From the NCBI GenBank assembly GCA_054600435.1, contig BAAIJX010000010.1:310001-374000 (forward strand): a DNA stretch of 64,000 nt, read 5' to 3'. This DNA is from Neophaeotheca triangularis (taxonomy: Eukaryota). The translations under genes and the position numbers were made by a program. This document shows positions 12,168 through 23,868 of the stretch, piece by piece. The notes below the pieces were generated by a model. It was not told the origin of the DNA. It saw only the letters and a list, made by a program, of their open reading frames with translations, and did no database searches. Every line of letters begins with the position of its first letter. Position 1 is the first letter of the stretch.

Positions 12168-12734
12168 CTACAAACCCAAGCTCCGCCTCACATCCGCCCT
12201 CACCCTCTTGTCAAACTCCGGCTTCCTTTCCCGCCACATCCGCGCAGCATCGACATTCGCAGGGCTCTCGTCATTCGGCTCAGCGATCATGCTCATGACG
12301 GAGATGAGGATCTTCTCGACGCTCTGGATGGGGGACCAGCGCTCGGAAGCCTGCTCGTAGTGGTTCGGGTCGTCGCCGGGAGGGTGCAGGATGGAGATGC
12401 AGACGTTACCGTTGGGGTAGACTATCACATAGCGTCAGCCTGGTCCACGACGACGATCCACCAACACAAGCCGGATTGTCTTCTACGTACCGTTGGGATG
12501 CCAGATATCGCAGAGGAACTTCATGGTCGGGGGCATAAGAGGATAGTCTTTCGGGAACTTGAGCTCGGCGGGAAAGACACCGCCTTCGTAGGGAGTGCCC
12601 TCTGGGCCTTGAATCAGAGCTTCCCAGACGAACAGGTCATCTTCGTTGACGGGGCCGGCGGTTATGCCTTCCGGGGGGTCGGTGGTGAGATGTTTGTACT
12701 CGGAGAACAGGCGCTTGGAGGCTACGGAGTTCAT
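12168..12734 (-). CDS. ubc7: Ubiquitin-conjugating enzyme E2, Ubc7/UBE2G2
   Basis: Exons 12491..12734 and 12168..12421, intron 12422..12490. Spliced [42 protein letters not shown] has the catalytic Cys and the Ubc7-type acidic loop insertion. Confidence 0.96.
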
Positions 12735-14652
12735 GTTGTCGGTAGAGCTGTCGATTGGTTTCGGTGTGACACGCTGAAAGGAGCGTTTACTATCCGGACG
12801 ACACTCTTGACGGGAGGTTGGAAGCGAGACCGGTAGGTCATGAACGGAAAGGGCACGTGATAAGCCGAGGTATCGCCGTGCCAACACTTCACCTTTGTAA
12901 AGCTGAAGGAGGTTATGTACCTACAGTACAGTACTCGAGTATTAATCAATGCCTTGCAAGATATCAGTATTAACGATTTTTTATGGCGCACCACAGCCAG
13001 CCGGACGCTTTTACCACTAGCTCTGAAGCCAATGAGTTGATGAACGAGAAGAAGCCACTGGACAGCCTTTGTCAAAAATAGTTATCCGGCAGTACTCTAC
13101 CCCAGAGCTCGAGTGAATGTCGCGTAAAGTCCTGAAGCCTCCAGATGCTCGTCGACGTAGCCTTTTGGACCATGGCGAACTGGATAGCTGGATACACGGA
13201 TTGCGTTGAGGCATTCTCTCTGCTTCGCGCTCCTTTGCGTTATTCCGTTGGTTAAGACGGGCGAAAGGGGCAAACTTCGCAGTTCTCCCACCGGTAAGAA
13301 GTTTACCTTGAAATTCTTTGTTCCAACGCTTTTGAGCGCGATTCTTTCTGCGTTATGCACTATAAAGTGGCAAACCCAGCTTTTGCTGAAACGTCAAAAT
13401 GTGCCGTCTGCTTCGGATACCTGATGCATTCCTTCCTTCATTACTAAACGGCGATGCTCTTCTGTGAAGTTGCTCCCAGATTGCGGTACCGTTAGCAATA
13501 CTGGAGCTTCCTCATCATCTCTTTTCCGCGACTTTGTCTGCGACCAGACCAGGCATTCAAAGAAGCAGTCACCAAGCAAGATGGCGCTCCTAGTACTTTC
13601 CTCAGCGAGCATGTATGCAGACGCTATATAAACATTGAGCGCAAAGTATACACGGTCCAAGGTTTCGGCGTCGGGGGGATCACCATCATCAAAGGGGGCA
13701 CGCACGTCCCGGAACCTTGGACTGCTTGCACCAATGACTGTCTTAACACCGGGGTTGTGACAAGATTGCGGCTGTGGTGGGGGAAGGAAGTGAACCATCA
13801 GAAAGGGACAATTCACACATGGCTCCCCATCCGCCTTGCTTTGATCCCTACGGCTCAGGGCCTTAATGGCTACACTGGCGTACACAACGATTACACCAAG
13901 AAGACCAGGAGACTCAATCGCATCACCAACACAAAAGATTTCAAGGGAGACCGCAGCTCCGTCCACCTCGTTCTCAAGCCAATCTAGAAACTCCATGCAC
14001 ACACCATTGCAAAGCCCCCTGAGAAAACAACCACGAGCGACAAACTCCAAAGCGGTCTCCGGCCACATGGGCAACGAGCTCGGTGGCAATGATCTGGGAA
14101 GCGTTGCGAACGTGCCTCATCTCACCGGTGACGCCGAATTGATGTCACGGGCCTCGGACAGGTACAGTTGCCTGAACAGAGATGCAATTGACATGGATCT
14201 GTAGTCGACGACTGAAACATGGGGATGGTGTGTGCACATGGTAGATGGGGACTTTTACATCAACCGCCAGACCGATGAGGTATAGGCAGGTGGAGGGAGC
14301 GGGGATGGGTAGCGATGTGCGAGCTCCTGCGCCAGCGGTGGCGAACGATATGGGCGGCAGTAATGCTGCCTTCACCTACAACCCGATGAACCCCGCTCGC
14401 GACTATGAGGGCCTGCTCCAGCAATGTTACAGCCTCGCTCTGGACAAGGCCTACGTGCAGAGAGGACAACGGCGGACGTAGGCACCTACTTGATCCCACA
14501 CTTCGAGCTTACGGAATGGATAAAGGGGGAAGCCCTTGGTTTCCGCAGGCATAGTAGTGTCACGTAGACAGACATAATCTCGATCTAAAACATCTATATA
14601 CCCGTCCCTTATCCATTCCACCATGCTTCTAATGCCAACAACTCGCCCCAAC

Positions 14653-17600
14653 TCACTTAAACTCAACCTTCCACCCCCCACCAACCCAAACACCGGGATC
14701 CTTGACAACAGCCCAACTAGCCCTCCCCTCGTCCTTGGCAAACCATTCCAACTCGGCCTCACCCTTGGTCTCACTCCTCCCCTCCCTCTCCTCCTCAACA
14801 TTAACTTTCGTAAGCCCCTTCCAGCTTTCCGGCGCCCCGACGACCACAATCTTCTCAACTCGTACCTCCTTCATGGAAGCCAGGTAGGCCTTCGCCTCCT
14901 TGGAGTCTGCCGAGCCGGGTTCAGCGAGGTCGAGAGATTGCAGCGTCTGTGTTGCCGCAGTGTAGGTGAAATTTCTGTGAATGAAAGCGCCGGACTGATA
15001 GTCGAAACTCTCGCCGTCGTCGAGGTAGAGAGAGCCGCTCGCGTCGCCGGAGTTTCCTAGAACGACGACGAGCGTGAAAGGGTCATGTTTCATCAGACCC
15101 GCGCTACGGCGGGGGCGGTCGCGGCGCGGGATGATGTTGCCGCCTTGCATGAGAAGCGGGATGGTTTCCAGGGGTGCGGCGACTTCGACGGTGTTAGGGC
15201 CCTGGTAGGTCCAGAAGTCGAAGTAGTCGTAGTAGAGCTCGCTGTCGGCGAGGTAAATTTTGGCGCTTTGGGCTCCTTCGGTGGTCACAGGTTTGGCTAG
15301 GAGGCCGGTGCTGCCGAGGTAGAGTTGGTCGTCTAGTGGGAAGCCTGTGGGGTCTGAAGGGTGGACGTAGTAGTTGGGGCGGACGATCGGGGCGCCGCTG
15401 ACGCTGGCCTCGTGGAAGGCTGTGTACCAGGCTGGGAGCAAGGCGTATCGGAGTCTAAGAGCTTGGGTTATGATGGTCGTGTAGGGTTCGCCAGCGAGGT
15501 AGGGTTCGCGGCGGCGGGTGTCGATGTGGGCATGGCCGCGGAAGAAGGGGTAGAAGGCTCCCGCTTGGTACCAGCGGGTTAGAAGCTCTTTGGAGGGGTT
15601 GCCGAAGAAGCCGCCGACATCTGCGCCTGCAAAGGGGAAGCCCGAGATTCCCATGCTCAGGGTCATGGGGATGGATGCGGCGAGGTGTGACCACTGGGCT
15701 TGGTTGTCGCCGGTCCACATGGCACCCATGCGTTGGGAGCCGGAGTAGAAGGAGCGGGTGAGGATGAATGGACGCACTGGGTGGGCGTCTTCTTCCTTGT
15801 TGCGGGAGAGCATGGCGTCGTAGGTAGCGTTTACGAAGGTGAGGCCGTTGACATTGTGAATGTCTCTGTGCTCCCAGTAGCCAGAGTGGAGGTTGTCCTT
15901 TGGCATCGTTGTTTCGGGACCGTTGAATACGGACGGCTCGTTCATGTCGTTCCAGATCCAGGTGTTCTTCATCGTGCCCTTGAATCTGTCGTAGCGGAAC
16001 AAACTCTTCCACCATTCGCGGCCTTGCTCGCTAAAGCAGTCGATCCAATACGAAGATCCGGGCCAGCACCAACCTTCGTACTGCTTGTCTTCTTTGTTGT
16101 GCACGACCAAATCCTTCTTCTTCATCTCGTCGACGATATCGTAGTTGCCTTCATTCTTGATGTGAGGATCAATGATCGCCACTAGCTTTCTATCATGAGC
16201 GTCCAACTGCTCTTGCATGCCGATAGGGTCACCAAAGGTCAACGGGTCCCAAGTAAAGTACTTTTTCCCGTCAGTGTACTCAATGTCGAGCCAGATAACG
16301 TCGTAGGGGATTCTCGCTCGGTCGAATTTGCGGTCTACATCCCTGACGTCCTCGTCCGTAACGTAGTTCCATCGACATTGGTGGTAGCCTATGCCAGAGT
16401 GCTGCGGCAGTTGAGTGTAGCCTGTCAACTCCGCGTACGAGCCAATGACATCCTGCGGACTGGGCCCTAAGAAAACGAAGACGTCAAGCAAGCCAGCCTC
16501 GCTGATCCAATGGGTGTTTGTGGTGGTAGCAGACCCAGTTCCCAGACTGAGCGGATTGGCAGAGCTGGTGGCTTTTGTGATGTCGATCCACGTCTCAGCA
16601 GCGTTGAGCCAGAAGACACCGACTGTCGAGTCTTTCTTCTGCGCTTGCATGAAGGGAATCGATCCATATAGCGTCATTGGGCTATCCATCTCGTACTCAA
16701 ACACATCGCTGTTGTGTAGACGGTAGGGGTCGCTGTGCTTGCCCTCACCGCCTCGAGTCTCCCTCAACGCCAGAGGACCAGTATGTTCGGCAGCACCATA
16801 AACGAACTCGTAGCCAGGGAAGGAAATGTCCAAGGCGACGGACTCAGGCCCACGAGGCTTGCTGTCCGTGTTGCCACCGAATGACTCCTCCCACCAAGTG
16901 CTCTCGTCCTCGGCCATAGCCTTGTCAGACTCAGCAACGACAGCTTCCTCGCCTTCTTTCTTCTCTTCCTCGGCAGGAACAATCTTGTCGACCTTTGGCC
17001 GCCAGTGCTCCATATTCATGAGTCCGCGATCATTGAACTTGATTTGCGTCTCGCCATCCCTCTTAAACTCCATACCAAGCGGCGCATGGCGGATGACTGC
17101 CTCGAATCTGCTGGTAGGTCCGTAAACAATCTTGGTGTAGCCCTTTTCAACGTCCTTGTCGCTGACAGTCGCTCCTTTGCTGACGCTCAAACCGCCAACA
17201 ATGGCCCACTTCTCGGCCTCGTTGTAACGTTCCTTCCTAGCTTTGCTGCCGTGTCGAAGCTCAATCTCCCCCTTCTGACGCTTCTCTTCGTCGAGCGTGA
17301 CTCGAGCAGTCCCAGATTCGAGGAAAGTAACAGTGAGCGGTAGACGAACTCTATCGTCAGTATTGACAATCTTCTTGAGGACTGTGCCAGTCAAGACGCC
17401 TTGATCGAATTTGATGGAGCTGGGATCAAGCTCGTAGGGAGATTCCCAGGAGGATGTCGATATGGCGGTGTCGGCATAGGCTCGGTTCCGTTTGCAAAAG
17501 CCGGATTGCGCGCAAGTCTTGAAGTTCTCATGTTTGACACTCACTGTCGTTTATGGCGGTTAAATCCAGAACTTATTCCGCGTTCAATGGCTCAGCATGG

Positions 17601-17700
17601 TTCTAGGAAGCTTACCGGCCTGCGTGGTGAAGAAGCTCAGCACGCATAGTACGAGTGTGAGGCCTGTCCATAGCCTGGACGAAGCGAAAGAGTCCAGCAT
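14653..17700 (-). CDS. gls2: Glucosidase II alpha subunit (GH31; Rot2/Gls2)
   Basis: Signal-peptide exon 17616..17700 (MLDSFASSRLWTGLTLVLCVLSFFTTQA), intron 17544..17615, exon 14653..17543. Motifs are FKTCAQSGFCKRNR, the GH31 nucleophile WNDMNEPSVF, WTGDN and FFRGHAHIDTRRREP. Confidence 0.97.
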
Positions 17701-18049
17701 AGCTCAGCAGACTCCCAAAAGTAGCATTTGCACACAGAGGGGATCAATGGAGTGTCGTGGGACGATGCATTGGCAACCTACACGTTTACAGATTCGATAT
17801 CACGTGATCCAAGGCCTACTCGAACGCACGTACTCCCGTCTCCCGTCCCCTGCAGCTCCCTCATGGTCAGGGCAAACCCCACCACAGCGGGACCCCACCA
17901 AAAGCACCCGACTGGAAGTTCAGGCCAAAAATGTTTGATGAGAGGCAGTTCGTTCTCGTCGACTTCAACCTCACCGCCGCTTCCCATCCATTTCCTAAAA
18001 CTCACTCCTCACTTCCACCAAACCAACCAAACAAACAATCACCGCCACC

Positions 18050-18799
18050 ATGTCCGCCGACGAACAGACGTGAGTAGTCAGCCCTCCATCTGTCCACTCA
18101 TATACCCCTCTACGGACTGTCGAACGACGTTACAGAGCCCAGTACAGCACTGCAGATCCCCAACTAACACCAAGTCCTACCACAGTTTCATCGCTATCAA
18201 GCCCGACGGCGTCCAGCGTGGCCTTGTCGGCGACATCATCTCCCGCTTCGAGAAGCGCGGCTTCAAGCTCCAGGCCATCAAGCTCGTCTCCCCCTCCAAG
18301 GAGCACCTCGAGAAGCACTACGCCGACTTGAGCAACAAGCCCTTCTTCCAGGGTCTCGTTACCTGTAAGCTGCAGATCCACCATACTCTTGGAGCACAAA
18401 GATATTTGGCGCAACGGCATTGGGATATTGAAGATAGAATTGTACGCTGACAGCTTGGTTCCCCCAGACATGGGCTCCGGCCCCATCTGCGCCATGGTCT
18501 GGCAAGGCCGTGAGGCTTGCAAGATCGGCCGTCAGATCCTTGGTGCCACTAACCCCAAGGACAGCGCCCCTGGCACCATCCGTGGTGACTACGCCATCGT
18601 AAGTCCAGTCGACGCAACACCTCATTTCCACCATCCGAAGTCACGTAGCTAACAACGGAACACTCAGGACGTCGGCCGTAACGTCTGCCACGGCAGCGAC
18701 GGTGTCGACTCCGCCAAGAAGGAGATCGACCTCTGGTTCTCCAAGGAGGAGGTTCTGAGCTGGAAGAGCGCTCAGGAGAGCTGGGTCTACGAGAAATAG
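18050..18799 (+). CDS. ndk1: Nucleoside diphosphate kinase; 4 exons
   Basis: Spliced [22 protein letters not shown]…[22 protein letters not shown]…WVYEK* has the catalytic HGSD; three GT..AG introns. Confidence 0.97.
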
Positions 18800-20015
18800 A
18801 GGTCTCGCAACACGGCTGTGACGAGGGATTGATATCATGATGTCCAACGTCAAAACTGCATATGGCATACCTACACGTCTATAGAAATGGGTATGATCAT
18901 TGCACGAACCTCTACGATACACTGGTCACAAGTAGCTGGTGGTGCCGCACCTGGAAAAGAAAGGATTCTGGGGGATCAATTATGGAGAGGCTGGACATCA
19001 TTACGTGACGAACGATCGGGTTCGGTATTCCATCAACCTCGCCCTAGCGTCGCATCTCTTTTCTCGTTCGGATCTACCCTTTTCGGCAGCTTAGCTGCAA
19101 TCCAGGAAATGCTAGTCAATTGTACACCTACTGGCGCCGTAGATCCATGACGCATCAGGAGTAGGAGTCGAGCACTGCATTCGCTTAGGCCATATGCGGC
19201 GAAAGTGGTGGTCATACAACTTCGAACCGCAGCCGGACTCTTGTCAGTCGCCTGATTCAGCTGTGCAGACACCCTTTAACCGTCTCTTCCCTTTGTTCCG
19301 CCAACCGAGGGTTATTCTTCCCATTGTGCTCTGCAAGTAATGCGAAACAGCACGGAAGCCAGCGAGTGGCAATGAACATTTCCTCGCTTTTATAAACCGC
19401 CATGATCTCGAATACGGCAAAGTCGCTGTTGTCTCCAGGGTTACCATCCGGACTGCGTTGGCACGCAGACTGGCCATTTCAGGGGACTGGCGCTCAGGGT
19501 CGGGACAGTCCAGGCAGGTGACTGTTACTTATCGGGCTACCAATCTGCAAGTTCCACATCAGGCTTCCAAAGCCTTCGGTATGCATCTGCGCCAGGCCCT
19601 TAGGAAACTGGTGATCGTTCTTCTTTCGACGGGAAGCTGGACTCGACTGCTCGAACACTCAGCTAGATAATCAACGGAAACTCTTTGTTCAAAAGCTCCA
19701 GCAACAATGAATTGAGATTGGGATAACACAAAGAACGAACAAAGAGCATTGTCGTATACAATGCCGCTGTATTTGCTTTGGAACTGCACTCGACCAGAGT
19801 ACTTATGGTCTCGTCTCGAAGCTGCCCCAGGCAGTTCTACCAGATTCCCTAGTACGGCCCGCTACCACTGCTTGATCGAGTTATACAGCCTTGATCGATT
19901 GGGACTGGCTACCTTAATCAAGCATATAGCGGATCGTGAAAGAGTCTCAACAAAAACGACAACATCACTACCACGAGCTTTGCCGGCCAAGGCTCCACAC
20001 CACTACCAATTAACA

Positions 20016-21554
20016 ATGCATCCTTGGATCCCCGCCGATCACTTCACTCTCCCATCTTTGACAAACGGAAACAACGACCTCGCCAACTATGAGCTGAGAG
20101 CTGCACGGAAACTACTGGCCGAGGACCCGAACTTTGACTTGCCTTTCCTAGATCTTGCTGATGACCTTTATGGTGAATACCCGAGCTCGTTGAGTTCCAC
20201 TCCGTCTATGTGTAATAGCCCGGGAGAGTTTGACGCGGCACGCCACGGAGATGCTGATGCGGATCACCAAGGAGACGCTGATGCAGGGGATATGGACGTC
20301 GAGACGCCGCCTTCTTGTGGTCAACCTGAACCTGAAGAACTTGAATGGGACGGCCCAACATTTCCCCCCAACGCTGCGCAAAGCCGAATTTTCGGAACGG
20401 AAGACGTCACGGGCCTGAACACCGACGGTATCAAAGGTTGGCCAATCTCCCCTCTCTTTGCCAGAGACCGCTGGGGTTCTAACATTGACTACAATCTAGT
20501 TGAAAAGGGCTGCATGCTGGCCTCTGCCTTCCTCGAAGGCACAACCGCAGCCTTCACGTTCCTCCACGCAATGATGGATCCCTATTACCCCGACGTCCCA
20601 GACTCCCCCTACAACCACCTCTACCCCCTACCCGAGGGCATCCTGCACCCACAACCTCGCTACCAAAACCCCCACGCCGAGCCCCGACTCGCCGACTGGG
20701 TAAAAGTCCATCGCACCATCGCCCTTATCGCCCCTGAAATCACCATCGGCTTCGCCGAACACGCCGGCTGCTTAGCCATGACAACCGTCGACGGCAACCG
20801 CCGAATTAAAATCGACCCCAACGGCGCCTACTACCCAGCCAACGGCTACGGTTCGCACATCACCCTGCGCCCCGCCCTCTACGAGATGCTCACAAACCTC
20901 GCCACCCACCGCTTCCTCAACCCCAACTCCAACTACAACACACCCCTCGACGTAGTCCTAACCTGGAACGTCGCCGAAAGCCTCCTGCACGAAATCGCAC
21001 ACGCCCTCCATTACGCAATCCGCAGCCGGCAACCCGAACCCTTCTACACCTCCCGCGGCCGCGTGGCCGAACTCGGTTTCGAACTCCAGCAACTCCTCGT
21101 CGGCGGCGACTACCGCACCGACAACCTCTGGCAAACCCACAGCGTCTACTACGTCACGCACACGAGCCGCGGCACGCCATTCCCGGGACCAGCCGCCGTC
21201 GACATCAGCGAAAACCCCCACGGCATCTTGATGCTAGCGCCGTGGCCGGAACCTTCGATGCTGGACCAGTACAAACTCGAGGGCGCATCCGAGGGTTCTG
21301 GGCTGGAGAATCAGCTCCGGACGCGGGGTGAGCCGCTGCCGGATGACGAGGTCTCGCAACGGGTGCCCTTGAGTTGGTTGGCCATGTTTATGACGGGAGA
21401 GTTTTGGCAGAGTATGCCGCAGTTGAAGGATCGGACGCCGGAGAAGTTTCATTACGTCGCGGGGCCGAAGTTGGTAAAGAGGTGGCGGGAGACTGGGGAG
21501 GGGAGGGATGGGAAGAAGAGGGCGAGGGTTTATGATGTTGTGTTTTTGCAGTGA
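20016..21554 (+). CDS. Uncharacterised protein with HExxH zincin-like motif
   Basis: Long open frame; ATG at 20016 chosen on context. LLHEIAHALH is followed about 20 aa later by AELGFELQ (possible third Glu ligand). No signal peptide seen. Confidence 0.75.
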   Translation: MHPWIPADHFTLPSLTNGNNDLANYELRAARKLLAEDPNFDLPFLDLADDLYGEYPSSLSSTPSMCNSPGEFDAARHGDADADHQGDADAGDMDVETPPSCGQPEPEELEWDGPTFPPNAAQSRIFGTEDVTGLNTDGIKGWPISPLFARDRWGSNIDYNLVEKGCMLASAFLEGTTAAFTFLHAMMDPYYPDVPDSPYNHLYPLPEGILHPQPRYQNPHAEPRLADWVKVHRTIALIAPEITIGFAEHAGCLAMTTVDGNRRIKIDPNGAYYPANGYGSHITLRPALYEMLTNLATHRFLNPNSNYNTPLDVVLTWNVAESLLHEIAHALHYAIRSRQPEPFYTSRGRVAELGFELQQLLVGGDYRTDNLWQTHSVYYVTHTSRGTPFPGPAAVDISENPHGILMLAPWPEPSMLDQYKLEGASEGSGLENQLRTRGEPLPDDEVSQRVPLSWLAMFMTGEFWQSMPQLKDRTPEKFHYVAGPKLVKRWRETGEGRDGKKRARVYDVVFLQ

Positions 21555-22432
21555 TGGAGGTGGGGATGTCGGGGATTGGGTGGTTTGGGGTGAGGTAAGT
21601 CTGAAGGTAAGTGGGTATTTCCTTTTTCCCTTTTTCTTTTTGGGGGTTGAGGCGGGTAGGCTGGGGGGCGACTGGCTTTTACGGTAAGTCTTTGGCGGTG
21701 GCGTTGGTGTCGACGTCTTCTCATTTTCATTTTCTGGTTCTTGCCTTTGTTTCCTATGAGTGGTCGTAAAGGCGCTGGTCGCTAGGTACTGTACGGGAAT
21801 CTAAGGTCAGAATCTCGCACTCATAGTCGTCTCTCTTTCCCCTTTCCTTCTCGTCTGAAATCATAATTGTTGATACGTGCGCGATCAAGCCATCCCAGTT
21901 TCCAAGTACAGCAAAAGACAGGAAACGTTTCCAATCCGACTATGCCGTGCCAGGGAGTAGTAAGCCCGAAGTTTGCAGGTAAAACTCAAATGATCTAAAG
22001 AGCGGCACCGTCGTGCGATTGAATGAAGCCTACTTGTAGCCTCTACTGCATCTCCTGCTCGATCTTGTCCAAGAAAAGTGCGGTAACCATGGATATCGAG
22101 ACGTTCGGCCACGAAGGGTGCTGATTCGCAGCACTGGGTTTTTGGTTGGAGGAGTTGGTTTTGCTGCATGCGGTGGTATTGGCGGATGACTGGACCGGGG
22201 GTTGTTTCGTTTCCGGCATGCTTTGAGAGACAAGGACAGTTGCGGGCGGACTATGTGGACGGCAAGATGCTGGAGGATGGCCAGGGAATGGACAGTGGGC
22301 TATGTCGAGCTATCTTACTTCTAGCTCGTGCCACAGACAATGCAGAAAATTTTCTACCCAAAGGCTCGACAATATCTAGCCAGCCGGACACACCCCAAGC
22401 CCTCACCCCTCAACTATAACCCCAGCCTCCCC

Positions 22433-23169
22433 TCAAAATTTCGTCATAACGAACCCATAATACTCAAACATGCCACCACCCCCATCAACAACCTCCCTCT
22501 GCACCTTCCAAACCCCCTCCCTCCCCACAAGCGGCAAAATAAAATGCGGCTGCCGCCAAGTAACATACACCCACTTACCCCCGGGCTTCAACAACCTAGC
22601 AACCTCATCAACGTACCTACCAACATTCTCACGGACTTCCGGGAGCGGGTCCCAGAGCGAGCCGTAGAGCATGGCATCGAGGGTTGCTTTGTCAACGGCA
22701 ATGTCCACGCTACCGGAGGGCAGGTTTGTAGCGCGGATGTCGGCGGTGAGCCAGGTGAGGTGCGGCGAGGGGTGGAGCTGGGACATTTTGGTTGTGACGA
22801 TGGGGGAGAAGTCGAGGGCGGTCTGGGACTTGTAGCCGAGTTGGAGGAGGGAGAGGGGGAGGGTCTGTTTTTGAAAAAGAGAAGGGGGATGTGTTGGTCA
22901 CTTAGCTTTTTCTTTTTTCTTGGGGGGGGGCGTTTTGCGAGGGGTTTTGAGGTTGGAAGGGGGCGTACGCTGTTGCCGTTGCCCATGTGGACTATGGAGA
23001 TTTCTGGATTGGTGGTGGCCGGGGGGAGGTGGGTGAGGAGGAAGGGCTTGATGGCGGAGAAGTCACGCAGCCATTCGTACTCTTCGGCATCGGGATTATC
23101 AGCGTTGTAGCGCTCGTTCCAGTATTCCGGTCGGGAGAGTTCTGCCAGGGATTCTGTTGATGCCGGCAT
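22433..23169 (-). CDS. Class I SAM-dependent methyltransferase, EEF1AKMT4/METTL13-N-like
   Basis: Exons 22969..23169 and 22433..22864 join in frame. Motifs are EYWNERY, YEWL, motif I HMGNGNS, LDFS, DIAVDKATLDAM and RLLKPGG. Confidence 0.88.
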
Positions 23170-23868
23170 TGTTTCTGCTGTCTTTCCGCTTCTGGCGATG
23201 TTGTGTGCTTATCCGTGACGTTGGTCTGGAATGCTACCACCTGTGTACGTACGCAGATGTGCGCGGGTCGTGACACGTCGACGGGAGCTGAGACAAGAAT
23301 AACAAGGCGGGTGGCTTTTATCATAAGATTAATAAAGACGAGGTGGTTTTTGTAGTGGCAGTTGTTTCGACATCTAAAATTGTACCTATGCATGCTTCAA
23401 CTCAAAGTCCATTGACGCATAAAAATCGCCGAGTGGCTTATATAATACATAACTTGCGATTGTGCATATCATAATCACTCTGCCTACTACCTCCCTCCAC
23501 CTACAGTCAGGTACCTCCTAATTTGGATACCCCTGCCCCTGATCCTGGACTGTAGGCACACCTCACTAGGTAGTCTCGCTTGCTTACTACTGCTTGTCCC
23601 TCTTGACTACTTCCTATTACCTACCTACCTACCTAGCTACCTACCTACCTACTAACCCCTCAAGACATGCATCTCCATATCTGACACAGCAATCACCATC
23701 ACCTCCTCCAACTTTCTCTCCTCTTCTCGCTCTTCCAAACTAAACTACCAACAACCACCCTGTACTACCCCTTCTCCATACTACCACACACACACACACA
23801 CGTCCCACGAACCGACTTGACAATACCGGACCAGCACGCGCTTTAATTAGCCCCCCTCCCCACCAATC

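Noticed and set aside
13394..14481. 231-aa minus ORF and several short plus ORFs between ubc7 and gls2
   Set aside because: No recognisable motif, good start or consistent splice model. It may be a decayed gene but cannot be supported without a search.
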